From the NCBI GenBank assembly GCA_041563795.1, contig JBFGRH010000001.1, positions 1-30,893 on the forward strand: 30,893 bases of DNA, given 5' to 3'. The notes below the pieces were generated by a model, which was given only the letters and a program-made list of their open reading frames with translations, did not search any database and was not told the DNA's origin. The position numbers were made by a program, and so were the translations under genes. Origin of the DNA: Nitrospiraceae bacterium (lineage in GTDB: Bacteria > Nitrospirota > Nitrospiria > Nitrospirales > Nitrospiraceae). Below, piece after piece: positions 17,647 to 25,825 of this stretch (position 1 is its first letter; every line of letters begins with the position of its first letter).

Positions 17647-18723
17647 TCAGCTCCAGGAACCGGGAATCCTGGTCGTGCAGTTCGGGCAGGTGCCGTCGGC
17701 CTTGATGGTCTTCTCCAGTATTCGGTAGCCGATCCGTTTGACGACCGTCGTGCCGCACGAGTGGCAGCGCGTATCCTCGTAGGGGCCGACACGGCCAGGC
17801 AGGTTGCCGGCATACACGTACCGCAGGCCGCTGTTCCGGCCGATCTCCGCCGCGCGAATCAAGGCCCGGGCGGTCGTATTGTCCGGCTCGAGCATCTTAT
17901 AGTCCTTGTGGAAGGCCGTGACGTGCCAGGGCATGTCCGGTGACACGGACGCCAGGAATTCCGTCATGGACTTGAGCTCCTGCTCCGTGTCGTTGAAGCC
18001 GGGGATGATGAGCGTGACGATTTCGACCCAGAATCCCATCGCGTGCAGGCGTGTAATCGTGTCCAGCACGCCGGACAGCTGTCCGCCGAGCTTGCGGTAT
18101 TCCTCCTGCGAAAAGCCTTTCAGGTCCACCTTGTAATAATCCACCCAGGGCTTGAGGTAGGCGAGAACTTCCGGAGTCCCGTTGCCGTTGGAAATATAGG
18201 CGGTCCTGAGCCCCTTCGCCCTGGCCGATTGGAAGACTTCCACGGCCCACTCGCTGGTGATCAGCGGCTCGTTGTACGTGCTGGCGACGACCGGCGCGCC
18301 GTACTCAGCTGCCATCGTCACCAGTTGGTCCGGCGACATGGGCAGAACCGAGCTGACGGCCTCGGAATCGCGCAAGGCCTGCGACGTGATCCAATTCTGG
18401 CAGTAGGCGCAGTGGTAATCGCAACCCAGCATGCCGAAGCTGAGGGCAAGCGAGCCGGGGAGGACATGGAAGAACGGTTTTTTCTCGATCGGGTCACACT
18501 GGAGCGCGCCGACATAACCGGTCGGAACCTTCAACACCCCGCCTTCATTAAAGCGGACCTTGCAGATGCCGATGCGGCCGTCGCGGATCACACACCGGTG
18601 CCCGCAGGCGACACACAGGACCTCGTTGCCCGCATGTTTTTCACACAGCTCGGGCGCAGCCGCACGCGTGTATTCGGCGAGGGTTCTTGCCAGTGGGGAT
18701 TCTTGAATGGCGGGCTTTGGCAT
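17647..18723 (-). CDS. amrS: AmmeMemoRadiSam-system radical SAM enzyme (PflA/NrdG-like subfamily)
   Basis: CVACGHRC...GICKVR, DPIEKKPFFH, GCDYHCAYCQN (CX3CX2C), TYNEP, C-terminal CHSC...CPNC. Confidence 0.92.
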   Translation of the reverse strand: MPKPAIQESPLARTLAEYTRAAAPELCEKHAGNEVLCVACGHRCVIRDGRIGICKVRFNEGGVLKVPTGYVGALQCDPIEKKPFFHVLPGSLALSFGMLGCDYHCAYCQNWITSQALRDSEAVSSVLPMSPDQLVTMAAEYGAPVVASTYNEPLITSEWAVEVFQSARAKGLRTAYISNGNGTPEVLAYLKPWVDYYKVDLKGFSQEEYRKLGGQLSGVLDTITRLHAMGFWVEIVTLIIPGFNDTEQELKSMTEFLASVSPDMPWHVTAFHKDYKMLEPDNTTARALIRAAEIGRNSGLRYVYAGNLPGRVGPYEDTRCHSCGTTVVKRIGYRILEKTIKADGTCPNCTTRIPGSWS

Positions 18724-18739
18724 GGGGTATTCCTGTCTG

Positions 18740-18768
18740 ATTATACGGGCCCATGCAGGCCCCGTAAA
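18740..18768 (-). promoter_or_regulatory. sigma70-type promoter of amrS
   Basis: Minus strand TTTACG, 17 nt, TATAAT, then AGGA SD. Confidence 0.6.
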
Positions 18769-18996
18769 CGGGCCATATCGACCCTCAAAGCCTGCAGTTT
18801 TTCGTATTAAAGGCCTTACATTTCAACGCCTTATGCGAAACTTTGAGCACCTCTCGTGAAAGGAAAGAAAATCTGCCTCCTAAAGCTCAAAGTCCTTTGT
18901 TATACGGCACCTACAGTATATAATGACCAGACTTTTCAGAAATATCTATTACGAGTACGAACATTATAGAGGGCGGCTGAAGAAAGGTCTTGATCG

Positions 18997-19326
18997 ATGG
19001 AACGACGAGCGGCATCTCATACCGAAGAAGAAGAATTAAATCAACGCCGGCGGCTGCTGAATTCGGCCCGCAAAGGCGACCCGAAGGCGATCAACAAGCT
19101 CTTCGAACTGTACCAGGTGCGCGTGTATAGCGGGGAAACGTTGGGACGTTCCGGCCGGCCCTCGGCGTCAGCCTTCCATCGCCCTCCGCTCCGCGTGGTC
19201 CGGAAACGGACGGCCCGCCGGTCTGCGCGTCGGACCGCCAGATCGATCAGGCGCGTGGCTGCAAGAAAAATGACCCGCCGGGTGGCGCAGCGTCACCGGT
19301 CGTCCCGCCGCGTCTCTCACCGCTGA
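18997..19326 (+). CDS. Small basic hypothetical protein: helical N-terminus and Arg-rich tail
   Basis: Only substantial ORF downstream of a long AT-rich promoter region (TATAAT at 18919-18924); AAAGG upstream; no overlapping gene on the other strand. Confidence 0.65.
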   Translation: MERRAASHTEEEELNQRRRLLNSARKGDPKAINKLFELYQVRVYSGETLGRSGRPSASAFHRPPLRVVRKRTARRSARRTARSIRRVAARKMTRRVAQRHRSSRRVSHR

Positions 19327-19373
19327 TATTTTCTTCGTAAACGATCACAACGATGGTTGGGAATGCGGGTTGC

Positions 19374-19670
19374 CTATTGGACGGCAACCCGCAGCCCTCC
19401 GCTCGCCAGATGTTTGGCGATCCGCTCCGCCGTCGCCCGCTCACCTTCGAAGACCACCGCACTTCCCTGATGGTCGATTTTCCATGCCAATTCGAAGGCT
19501 TTGGCCGGAGTCATGCCGGGGATGGCTTCGCAGAATAACTGAATGACCTGTTGGTAGGTGTGGCAGTTGCAGTTGTACACCACCACACGGGCTTCCAGGC
19601 CTTCGCCCGTGCCGGTGTTCTGCTCTTCGATCGTTTCCGGTGTGGCGTATGTGGACGGGGATTCAGCCAC
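19374..19670 (-). CDS. clpS: ClpS-like ATP-dependent Clp protease adaptor, atypical pocket
   Basis: RVVVYNCNCHTYQQVIQLF...AFELAWKIDHQGSAVVFEG...AERIAKHL follows the ClpS core pattern; GTG start. Confidence 0.8.
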   Translation of the reverse strand: MAESPSTYATPETIEEQNTGTGEGLEARVVVYNCNCHTYQQVIQLFCEAIPGMTPAKAFELAWKIDHQGSAVVFEGERATAERIAKHLASGGLRVAVQ

Positions 19671-19678
19671 GGTTGTGT

Positions 19679-19707
19679 ATTGTACAGCCGTCTCCGATGA
19701 CTGCCAA
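19679..19707 (-). promoter_or_regulatory. sigma70-type promoter of clpS, near-leaderless
   Basis: Minus strand TTGGCA, 17 nt, TACAAT, 8 nt, GTG; no SD. Confidence 0.6.
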
Positions 19708-19712
19708 GCGAG

Positions 19713-20402
19713 TTAATAGCCGTCCCGCAGGATGAGCCGATTCATAAGCGACATCCCTTCTCGCCCGCAGGTTTGCTCCAACAATTTAAAGTGAACCTCC
19801 GAGTCCGTCACGGCTTCCAGCCCATGCTCTCGGCAGAGCCGGACGGTATAGACCAGCGCGGCCGAGGTCTTGATCAGCGCCAGGACATATTCGAACTCGT
19901 AGGCGTCCTCGGAGAGCAGCCGCCGGCGGCTCAGTTCCTGCGCCTGCTCCACCGAGCAGGCCTGTGCAAGGCGCGTCTTTTCCAGGAGACGGAGCAGCGC
20001 CTTGGGGCCTGGGACCGTTGACTCGCCGATGACAAAACTGTGCGAGAGGTCGAAGAGGCCCCGCTGAAACCGGCGGTTCTCTTTCAGGCCGTCGTGGAAG
20101 ATGCGCCGCCACGTCTGGTCCGCAAGATCCCGATTCACGGCCGACACCGCTTCCGTGTCCAAGGGGCCGCTCACGGAATAGCCCTGGATGATCTGTCCCG
20201 TTCCCACCAACTCCGGGTAATACTGTCCCATGCGATCCTGGTAGGCCGTGGTGCCGCTCATCGGGGTCAACTGCAGGGCCATAAAATCACGAAAATGGAC
20301 GGCCCGGTACAGTTCGAGCAGGCGTGTGAGCGTCCGTTCGTGGCACAGATGGAAGGGATAGTAGAGGGCCTGCTGAGTGGATGCTGGCGTCGGTAAGGCC
20401 AT
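19713..20402 (-). CDS. Hypothetical protein, 229 aa
   Basis: Long ORF filling the gap; ALYYPF motif near the N-terminus; TAGTAT 6 nt before ATG. Confidence 0.75.
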   Translation of the reverse strand: MALPTPASTQQALYYPFHLCHERTLTRLLELYRAVHFRDFMALQLTPMSGTTAYQDRMGQYYPELVGTGQIIQGYSVSGPLDTEAVSAVNRDLADQTWRRIFHDGLKENRRFQRGLFDLSHSFVIGESTVPGPKALLRLLEKTRLAQACSVEQAQELSRRRLLSEDAYEFEYVLALIKTSAALVYTVRLCREHGLEAVTDSEVHFKLLEQTCGREGMSLMNRLILRDGY

Positions 20403-20424
20403 GCGTCTATACTACGGCTCCGTG

Positions 20425-21504
20425 ATGCGCCCATTGTTGAATTCGTTGCTCGGCTTGAACCTGCTTTTTGTTTTCATCCCCATTGCGCTGGTCCTGGAGT
20501 TTCTCCATGCCGACCCGACCGCCGTATTCCTGACATCCGCCCTGGCCATTATCCCATTGGCGGGGCTCATGGGCAAAGCCACCGAGCATCTGACCACCCA
20601 TGTCGGGGCCGGCATCGGGGGCCTGCTCAATGCGTCGCTCGGCAATGCGGCGGAGTTGATCATCGCGCTGGTCGCGTTGCGGGCAGGCTTGCACGACGTC
20701 GTCAAGGCGTCCATCACCGGCTCGATCCTGGGCAACAGCCTGCTGGTGCTCGGCGCGGCGATGGTTTCGGGAGGGGTCCGGTACAAACAGCAACGCTTTA
20801 ACCGGACCGCCGCGGGCAACGGCGCCAGCCTCTTGTTGCTCGCCGCGATCGGCCTGGTCGTCCCGGCGCTGTTTCACTTTACCGCGTCCTCCCGTGGCCT
20901 GACGGTTGAGCGCGAACTGAGCCTCGAGATTGCCGTCATCCTGTTCATCATCTACATCCTGAACCTGGTCTTTTCCCTCAAGACCCACCATCATTTGTTC
21001 TCCGGGGAATCCGACGTGATGCACGAAGCGGGCGAGAAGGCCTGGAGCCGGAAGTACTCCATCGGAGTCCTGACGGGGGTGACGATCGCGGTGGCGGTCA
21101 TGAGCGAGCTCCTCGTGGGCGCCATCGAGCCCGCGGCCGAGCGGCTGGGGCTCACGCAGGTTTTCGTCGGCGTGATTCTGGTGGCGCTGGTCGGCAACGC
21201 CGCGGAGCATTCGACGGCGGTGCTGGTGGCGATGAAGAACAAGATGGATCTGGCGCTCGGGATTGCGGTGGGATCGAGTCTGCAGATCGCCCTGTTCGTG
21301 GCGCCGGTGCTGGTTTTTGCCAGTTACCTGTTCGGACGTCCGATGGACCTGATTTTCACGCCCTTCGAAGTGGCCTCCGTGACCATTGCCGTGCTGGCGG
21401 TCGGCTACGTTTCGGCGGACGGGGAGTCGAATTGGATGGAAGGGGTGATGCTGCTGGGAGTCTATCTGATCCTGGCGATCGCGTTTTACTTCCTGCCTGC
21501 GTGA
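20425..21504 (+). CDS. cax: Ca2+/H+ antiporter (CAX/ChaA, CaCA family); start 20422 GTG or 20425 ATG
   Basis: Two alpha repeats [13 protein letters not shown] and LVGNAAEH; [19 protein letters not shown]; about 11 TM segments. Confidence 0.93.
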   Translation: MRPLLNSLLGLNLLFVFIPIALVLEFLHADPTAVFLTSALAIIPLAGLMGKATEHLTTHVGAGIGGLLNASLGNAAELIIALVALRAGLHDVVKASITGSILGNSLLVLGAAMVSGGVRYKQQRFNRTAAGNGASLLLLAAIGLVVPALFHFTASSRGLTVERELSLEIAVILFIIYILNLVFSLKTHHHLFSGESDVMHEAGEKAWSRKYSIGVLTGVTIAVAVMSELLVGAIEPAAERLGLTQVFVGVILVALVGNAAEHSTAVLVAMKNKMDLALGIAVGSSLQIALFVAPVLVFASYLFGRPMDLIFTPFEVASVTIAVLAVGYVSADGESNWMEGVMLLGVYLILAIAFYFLPA

Positions 21505-21714
21505 TTACCACTTGTCCATGTCGATGACTTCGGTCGCATCCCAGAGATTCTTCCACTCGGCATCGGCCAGGGCCTTTTCCTTGTCCAACTGTGTCTCCTC
21601 GCCGAACTCCTTCGGAGCCTTCTCGGCCTGATCCGAGGCGGTGGCGTCGGACGCGGCCGGCTGGCCCTCGCTTGGTTTTTTCAGCTTTTTCTTGGGGTCC
21701 ATGTTGACAGGCAT
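21505..21714 (-). CDS. Small hydrophilic hypothetical protein, 69 aa
   Basis: GGGAGG SD 7 nt before ATG; TTGACA further upstream; stop abuts the cax stop. Confidence 0.55.
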   Translation of the reverse strand: MPVNMDPKKKLKKPSEGQPAASDATASDQAEKAPKEFGEETQLDKEKALADAEWKNLWDATEVIDMDKW

Positions 21715-21808
21715 AAGCACGCCTCCCTGTGAAATGGACTGTCTAATTCCTACGCCGCGCCTGGAAGTTTGTCAAGGCTGCCGGGGCGGGCCGGCCCGAA
21801 CTGCTCGA

Positions 21809-21837
21809 TTGACTCCCGGTTGGTCGATTGCTACAGT
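21809..21837 (+). promoter_or_regulatory. sigma70-type promoter (extended -10)
   Basis: TTGACT, 17 nt, TG-C-TACAGT. Confidence 0.6.
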
Positions 21838-21873
21838 GCCGGCGTTCAAGCCGGTGTCCCGGAGCCTGGTGGC

Positions 21874-22230
21874 ATGGATCTCAGCGCAAAAACCCTCTGG
21901 CCGCTCTTCCCGCTGCTCCTGCTGATCGTGGTCGTCTGTCTGACCTGGGCGATGGTCCGCGTGGTGCGCCGCGCCAGCGGCTCCACGGCGATCTGGCTGC
22001 AGGCGGGGGCGCTCGGGTGCTATGTGCTGGCGGCCGTCTCCGCCATCGCCAGCGAGCGCGGCGCCGTCTCGGCCCACCTGCACCGGCCCTTTTCGCTGCT
22101 CGCGCAACTGGCCATCGCGCTGGCCCTGTTTCACCTCTGGGGCAAGGACCGATCGCTCGTGGCCCTCAACAGCGTCGCCTGGGCGGCGATCCTGGCCGAC
22201 ACGGCCTTGCATTATCTGTTAACCCGGTAG
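21874..22230 (+). CDS. Small integral membrane protein (about 4 TM), 118 aa
   Basis: Four hydrophobic segments; promoter directly upstream; stop abuts the hemW stop. Confidence 0.75.
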   Translation: MDLSAKTLWPLFPLLLLIVVVCLTWAMVRVVRRASGSTAIWLQAGALGCYVLAAVSAIASERGAVSAHLHRPFSLLAQLAIALALFHLWGKDRSLVALNSVAWAAILADTALHYLLTR

Positions 22231-23358
22231 CTACAGCAGTTCCACGGCGACGGAGTCCGCGTAGCGACGCCCTTCAGCCGTCAGCCTGATGCGTCCCGCT
22301 CGTTCCTCCAGCAAACCCCGGTGTGTCAGCCGGTCCAGTGTCTGCCGCCATGTCCCGTCCTGCGGCTCATGGCGCAGCAGGACCTGGTCCACCCCCTCGA
22401 TCAGGCGCAGCCCGAAGACGATGCGTTCACGAGCGCGTCGGTCGGCGGTGAGGATCTCGGATTCCGCGATGGGCAGGCACTCGTCCTGCAATGTCAGATC
22501 GTACTGCTCCACGCTTTCGACGTTCCCGAACCGGCGGCCGTCGAGGTAGGACTGGGCGCTGGGACCGAGTCCCAGGTAATCGTGCCCCTGCCAGTACAGT
22601 AGATTATGGCGGCAGGCGTGGCCGGGGCGGGCGTAATTGGAGATTTCATACCGTTCGAAGCCGGCGGCGGCCAGGCGTCCGGCCGCCGCGTCCTCCATCT
22701 CGTTCTGCAGGCTCGGATTCGGCTCCATCGCATCGCCCCGACGCACGTCGAGATGGAGCCTCGTCTTCTCTTCAACGGTCAGGGCGTAGCAGGACAGGTG
22801 CGCCGGGTCCAGCACAAGGACATCCTCGAGCGTGGCCAGCCAGCCGTCCAGCGACTGTCCCGGCACGCCGTAGATGAGGTCGAGGTTCACATTGGAGAAC
22901 CCCGCCTCCCGCGCCATGCGTACGGCGGCCTGCGTGCGGCTGCCTGACGTGCGGCGCCCGATCTGCAGGAGTTCTTCGTCGTCCATGGATTGCGCGCCGA
23001 AGCTGATGCGCGTAAAGCCGGCGTCCGCCAGTTGCCGCAGGCTGTCCGCGGTCACCGTGTCCGGATGGGCTTCGACAGAAATCTCCGCGCCTTCGTTCAG
23101 GCCGAACGAACCGCGCACCAGGTGGAGCAGGCTGACGAGCTGCGAGGCCTCGAGCGTGGTCGGCGTGCCGCCGCCGAAGTAGACCGTGTCCAGCCGGCGG
23201 CCGGCGAGGCTCCGTTGGTCTCGGTGCAACCGGACCTCGCGCGTAACGGCGTCGAGATAGCGCCGGACGCGATCGTCGCGGTGGATCTGGAGCGTGAAGG
23301 CGCAGAAATGGCAGCGGCTCCTGCAGAAGGGGACATGGAGGTAGAGCCCGACGCTCAT
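22231..23358 (-). CDS. hemW: Radical SAM heme chaperone HemW (HemN-like)
   Basis: YLHVPFCRSRCHFC (CX3CX2C), YFGGGTPT, DLIYGVPGQ, YEISNY, and HNLLYW (HemW-type motif); short N-terminus. Confidence 0.9.
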   Translation of the reverse strand: MSVGLYLHVPFCRSRCHFCAFTLQIHRDDRVRRYLDAVTREVRLHRDQRSLAGRRLDTVYFGGGTPTTLEASQLVSLLHLVRGSFGLNEGAEISVEAHPDTVTADSLRQLADAGFTRISFGAQSMDDEELLQIGRRTSGSRTQAAVRMAREAGFSNVNLDLIYGVPGQSLDGWLATLEDVLVLDPAHLSCYALTVEEKTRLHLDVRRGDAMEPNPSLQNEMEDAAAGRLAAAGFERYEISNYARPGHACRHNLLYWQGHDYLGLGPSAQSYLDGRRFGNVESVEQYDLTLQDECLPIAESEILTADRRARERIVFGLRLIEGVDQVLLRHEPQDGTWRQTLDRLTHRGLLEERAGRIRLTAEGRRYADSVAVELL

Positions 23359-23361
23359 ACG

Positions 23362-23622
23362 CTAAGCCAGCGAACGGTTCGTAAAATCACGGGCCATGGC
23401 GATCTCGATCTCATCCAAAGGCGAGATGCCCCGATTGCGCACGTGGACGGTCCAGGCCGAATGCCGCCGGAGGAAATCGAAGAGCATCTTCGTCATCTCC
23501 GGCTTGATCCGCTGTTCCCAATCCTGCACCCACACGTGGTTGTCCTCGTCGCCGTCGTAATCATCCGGGAACGAGGCTTCCAGGCTGAACCGGAGATTAA
23601 AGGTCTTTTCTTCGTGAAACAT
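23362..23622 (-). CDS. Hypothetical protein, 86 aa
   Basis: AAGGAG SD before ATG at 23622; ends 3 nt before the hemW start. Confidence 0.7.
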   Translation of the reverse strand: MFHEEKTFNLRFSLEASFPDDYDGDEDNHVWVQDWEQRIKPEMTKMLFDFLRRHSAWTVHVRNRGISPLDEIEIAMARDFTNRSLA

Positions 23623-23646
23623 GCGCATCTCCTTGGCGGGTGGTCG

Positions 23647-23689
23647 TTGCGATCCTGCCGCAGGGCCGTCTATAATGGTGTCCGGACAC
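23647..23689 (+). promoter_or_regulatory. sigma70-type promoter with a perfect 12-bp palindrome at the start site
   Basis: TTGCGA, 18 nt, TATAAT (23671-23676), then GTGTCCGGACAC (23678-23689), then AGGAG SD. Confidence 0.6.
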
Positions 23690-23700
23690 AGGAGAACTTC

Positions 23701-23934
23701 ATGCCCATCTTCGAATATCTCTGCCAGGAATGCAACCACCGGTTCGAGGCGATCGTGCAGGGCTCGACGACGCCGGCCTGCCCGTCGTGCAAGGCCACGA
23801 AACTGCAGAAGCAATTCTCGCCCTTTGGGGTAGGGGCCAACTCGGCCAACTCGGATTGGGCCAGTACGAGCGGGTCCGGCGCCTGCGGGTCTTGCGGGGA
23901 TCCGCGAGGACCCGGTGCGTGTTCAATGAATTGA
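23701..23934 (+). CDS. FmdB-family Zn-ribbon protein
   Basis: MPIFEYLCQECNHRFE...CPSC...LQKQFS; Cys-rich tail GACGSCG...GAC; AGGAG SD. Confidence 0.9.
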   Translation: MPIFEYLCQECNHRFEAIVQGSTTPACPSCKATKLQKQFSPFGVGANSANSDWASTSGSGACGSCGDPRGPGACSMN

Positions 23935-23939
23935 CCGCG

Positions 23940-24266
23940 GTGAGTGACTCCGGCGAACAGGCCCTTTACCAGGCCATCCACACCATCTCGGAATCCGATC
24001 CCCTCATTAAATTGCTCCAGGAAGTGAAGCTGGGGCGGATGAAGCCGTCCGACCCGGGCTTGCGGGCCATCACGGAATCCTGGATCGGTACCTACAAGAA
24101 AGTGCTCGAGACTGCCGGTCTCGATCGAGGAGCCCTTGCGAGACTTGATCCCTCGCCTCGACTGGCTGTGCTGATCGATGCCGGTGTGCTGCCGGCTGAC
24201 CATCCTGGCGCGGCCTCGCTGCGCGCCGCATTCGAGCAGGCCCTATCCAAGGCACCCGGGGCCTAG
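23940..24266 (+). CDS. Hypothetical protein, 108 aa
   Basis: GTG 5 nt after the fmdB-like stop; helical soluble sequence. Confidence 0.65.
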   Translation: MSDSGEQALYQAIHTISESDPLIKLLQEVKLGRMKPSDPGLRAITESWIGTYKKVLETAGLDRGALARLDPSPRLAVLIDAGVLPADHPGAASLRAAFEQALSKAPGA

Positions 24267-24272
24267 GCTGCC

Positions 24273-24929
24273 GTGCGAATACCATTGGCGTTAGTGGGCA
24301 TGATCCTGTTGACGGGGCCGGTTACCGCATTTACCCAGGACGTCCAGTCCGTGCGCCCGCTTCGCGTCACGGCTCTCGGCGAATCAGTCCGATTCCTGCC
24401 GCAGGATACCCGCCTGCTGAATGACCCAGCCTCACTGGAACGGTTCCTGGATGCGCTCGACGGCGCCCCGCCGGACTGGGCGACAGTCTACGGCAAAGGC
24501 CACAATGACCCGGGTCACGACGACCGGCTGTTCGCCCTCAATCGCGAGCGGGACGCGAAGCGGGAAGGGAAGCCGGCGCTCGGCTGGCGGATTGCCTTTG
24601 TCTGGCACGGGGAGCTATCGGAGTATGACCCGAAAGCCGGAGGGTTCGGCGTGGCACTCGGGCCGAAGTTCACCCGGACCAGCTGGGGCGTGGTCCGATT
24701 CAAGGCCGAAGACCTGCCAGGAAATTTAATGGCGATTCCGAACCCCAGCTTGAGGAAGTCGCTCAGAAGGATGGTCGAGAAGGGAGAGCGGGTCGAGATC
24801 GACGTGGTCATCTCCGGAAAGTTGATCGCGGAGGAGTCGCTGATCTACGACTTTTCCCATGATGAGGCGGGCCTCGGCATGATCATGCCGGTGGTGCGGG
24901 TTGAGCGGATTGATTACGTGATGCGGTAA
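24273..24929 (+). CDS. Exported hypothetical protein, 218 aa
   Basis: Signal peptide (MRIPLALVGMILLTGPVTA-F); co-directional with 6-nt spacing. Confidence 0.75.
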   Translation: MRIPLALVGMILLTGPVTAFTQDVQSVRPLRVTALGESVRFLPQDTRLLNDPASLERFLDALDGAPPDWATVYGKGHNDPGHDDRLFALNRERDAKREGKPALGWRIAFVWHGELSEYDPKAGGFGVALGPKFTRTSWGVVRFKAEDLPGNLMAIPNPSLRKSLRRMVEKGERVEIDVVISGKLIAEESLIYDFSHDEAGLGMIMPVVRVERIDYVMR

Positions 24930-24937
24930 GCCTCCCT

Positions 24938-25825
24938 CTAGGAGGCATCCTTCGCGCAGCGGAAGCCGGTCCCGCTCTGGTGGTCGTCCGGGAATCCGTA
25001 ATCCCGGTCGGTCGTGCGGAGGCTCGAGGCCGGCTTGAGCCAGGAGCCTCCCCGCACCACTTTGAGCAGCTTGCCGTCGGGCCCGCGGGGATTCTCACGG
25101 GGCGCACGAAGGTAGTAGTAGGGCTCGAACCAATCCTGCACCCATTCCGAGACGTTGCCGGCCATGTCCAGGAGTCCGTAGGGGCTGGCGCCCTCGGGCA
25201 GACTGCCGACGGGCAGCGTCAGCACCTCGCCCTTCAGGCCCCGCTCTCGTGAGATGCGCGCGCCCTCACCGTCCACCCAGAAGGCCTTCCACTCAAGAGT
25301 ATCCTTGAAGTCGATCGTGCGCCCGGCCCAATAGCTGGCGCTGTTGGCCTTGTGAATGCTCCACTCATTGCCCCAGGGATAGAGCCGGGCGTTCGTGCCG
25401 CGCGCGGCCTTTTCCCATTCCGCTTCGGTCGGGAGCCGCTTGCCCGCCCAGGCGCAGTAGGCCACGGCGTCATGCCAACTGACGTTGACGACGGGATGGG
25501 CGTCGCTTCCGGGAAACGGGCGGCCGTCGATCCAGAGCGTGATCGAGGGGTTCGGATGCGTCGGCAGCGCATGGCCCGTGGCCTTCACGAATTGTTCGTA
25601 CCGGGCGTTGGTCACCTCGTGGCGGTCGATGAGAAACGCACGGAGAAAGACCGCGCGTTGCGGCCGCTCATCCGTCAAGCCTTCCCCCGAAGGACTGCCC
25701 ATGAGGAAGTCGCCGGCCGGGATCAAGACCATGTCGGCGTTATCCATGGGTCTGGGCGCCGGCGCCCGGCAGGCCGAGAGGACGAGCAGCAGCGCAAGGG
25801 CGGGGATGAATGTATGGATGGTCAC
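24938..25825 (-). CDS. FGE-sulfatase (SUMF1)-fold lipoprotein lacking catalytic cysteines
   Basis: Lipobox LVLSAC; MVLIPAGDFLMGS, EVTNARY, HPVVNVSWHDA, RLPTEAEWEKAARG, DMAGNVSEW, RGGSW, GFRCA. GTG at 25825 overlaps the upstream stop (GTGA). Confidence 0.9.
   Translation of the reverse strand: MTIHTFIPALALLLVLSACRAPAPRPMDNADMVLIPAGDFLMGSPSGEGLTDERPQRAVFLRAFLIDRHEVTNARYEQFVKATGHALPTHPNPSITLWIDGRPFPGSDAHPVVNVSWHDAVAYCAWAGKRLPTEAEWEKAARGTNARLYPWGNEWSIHKANSASYWAGRTIDFKDTLEWKAFWVDGEGARISRERGLKGEVLTLPVGSLPEGASPYGLLDMAGNVSEWVQDWFEPYYYLRAPRENPRGPDGKLLKVVRGGSWLKPASSLRTTDRDYGFPDDHQSGTGFRCAKDAS

Noticed and set aside
18890-18925. Possible dif (XerC/D) site in the AT-rich gap
   Set aside because: A GGTGCCGTATAA half-site resembles the XerC arm, but no TTATGTTAAAT-like XerD arm follows at the right spacing.
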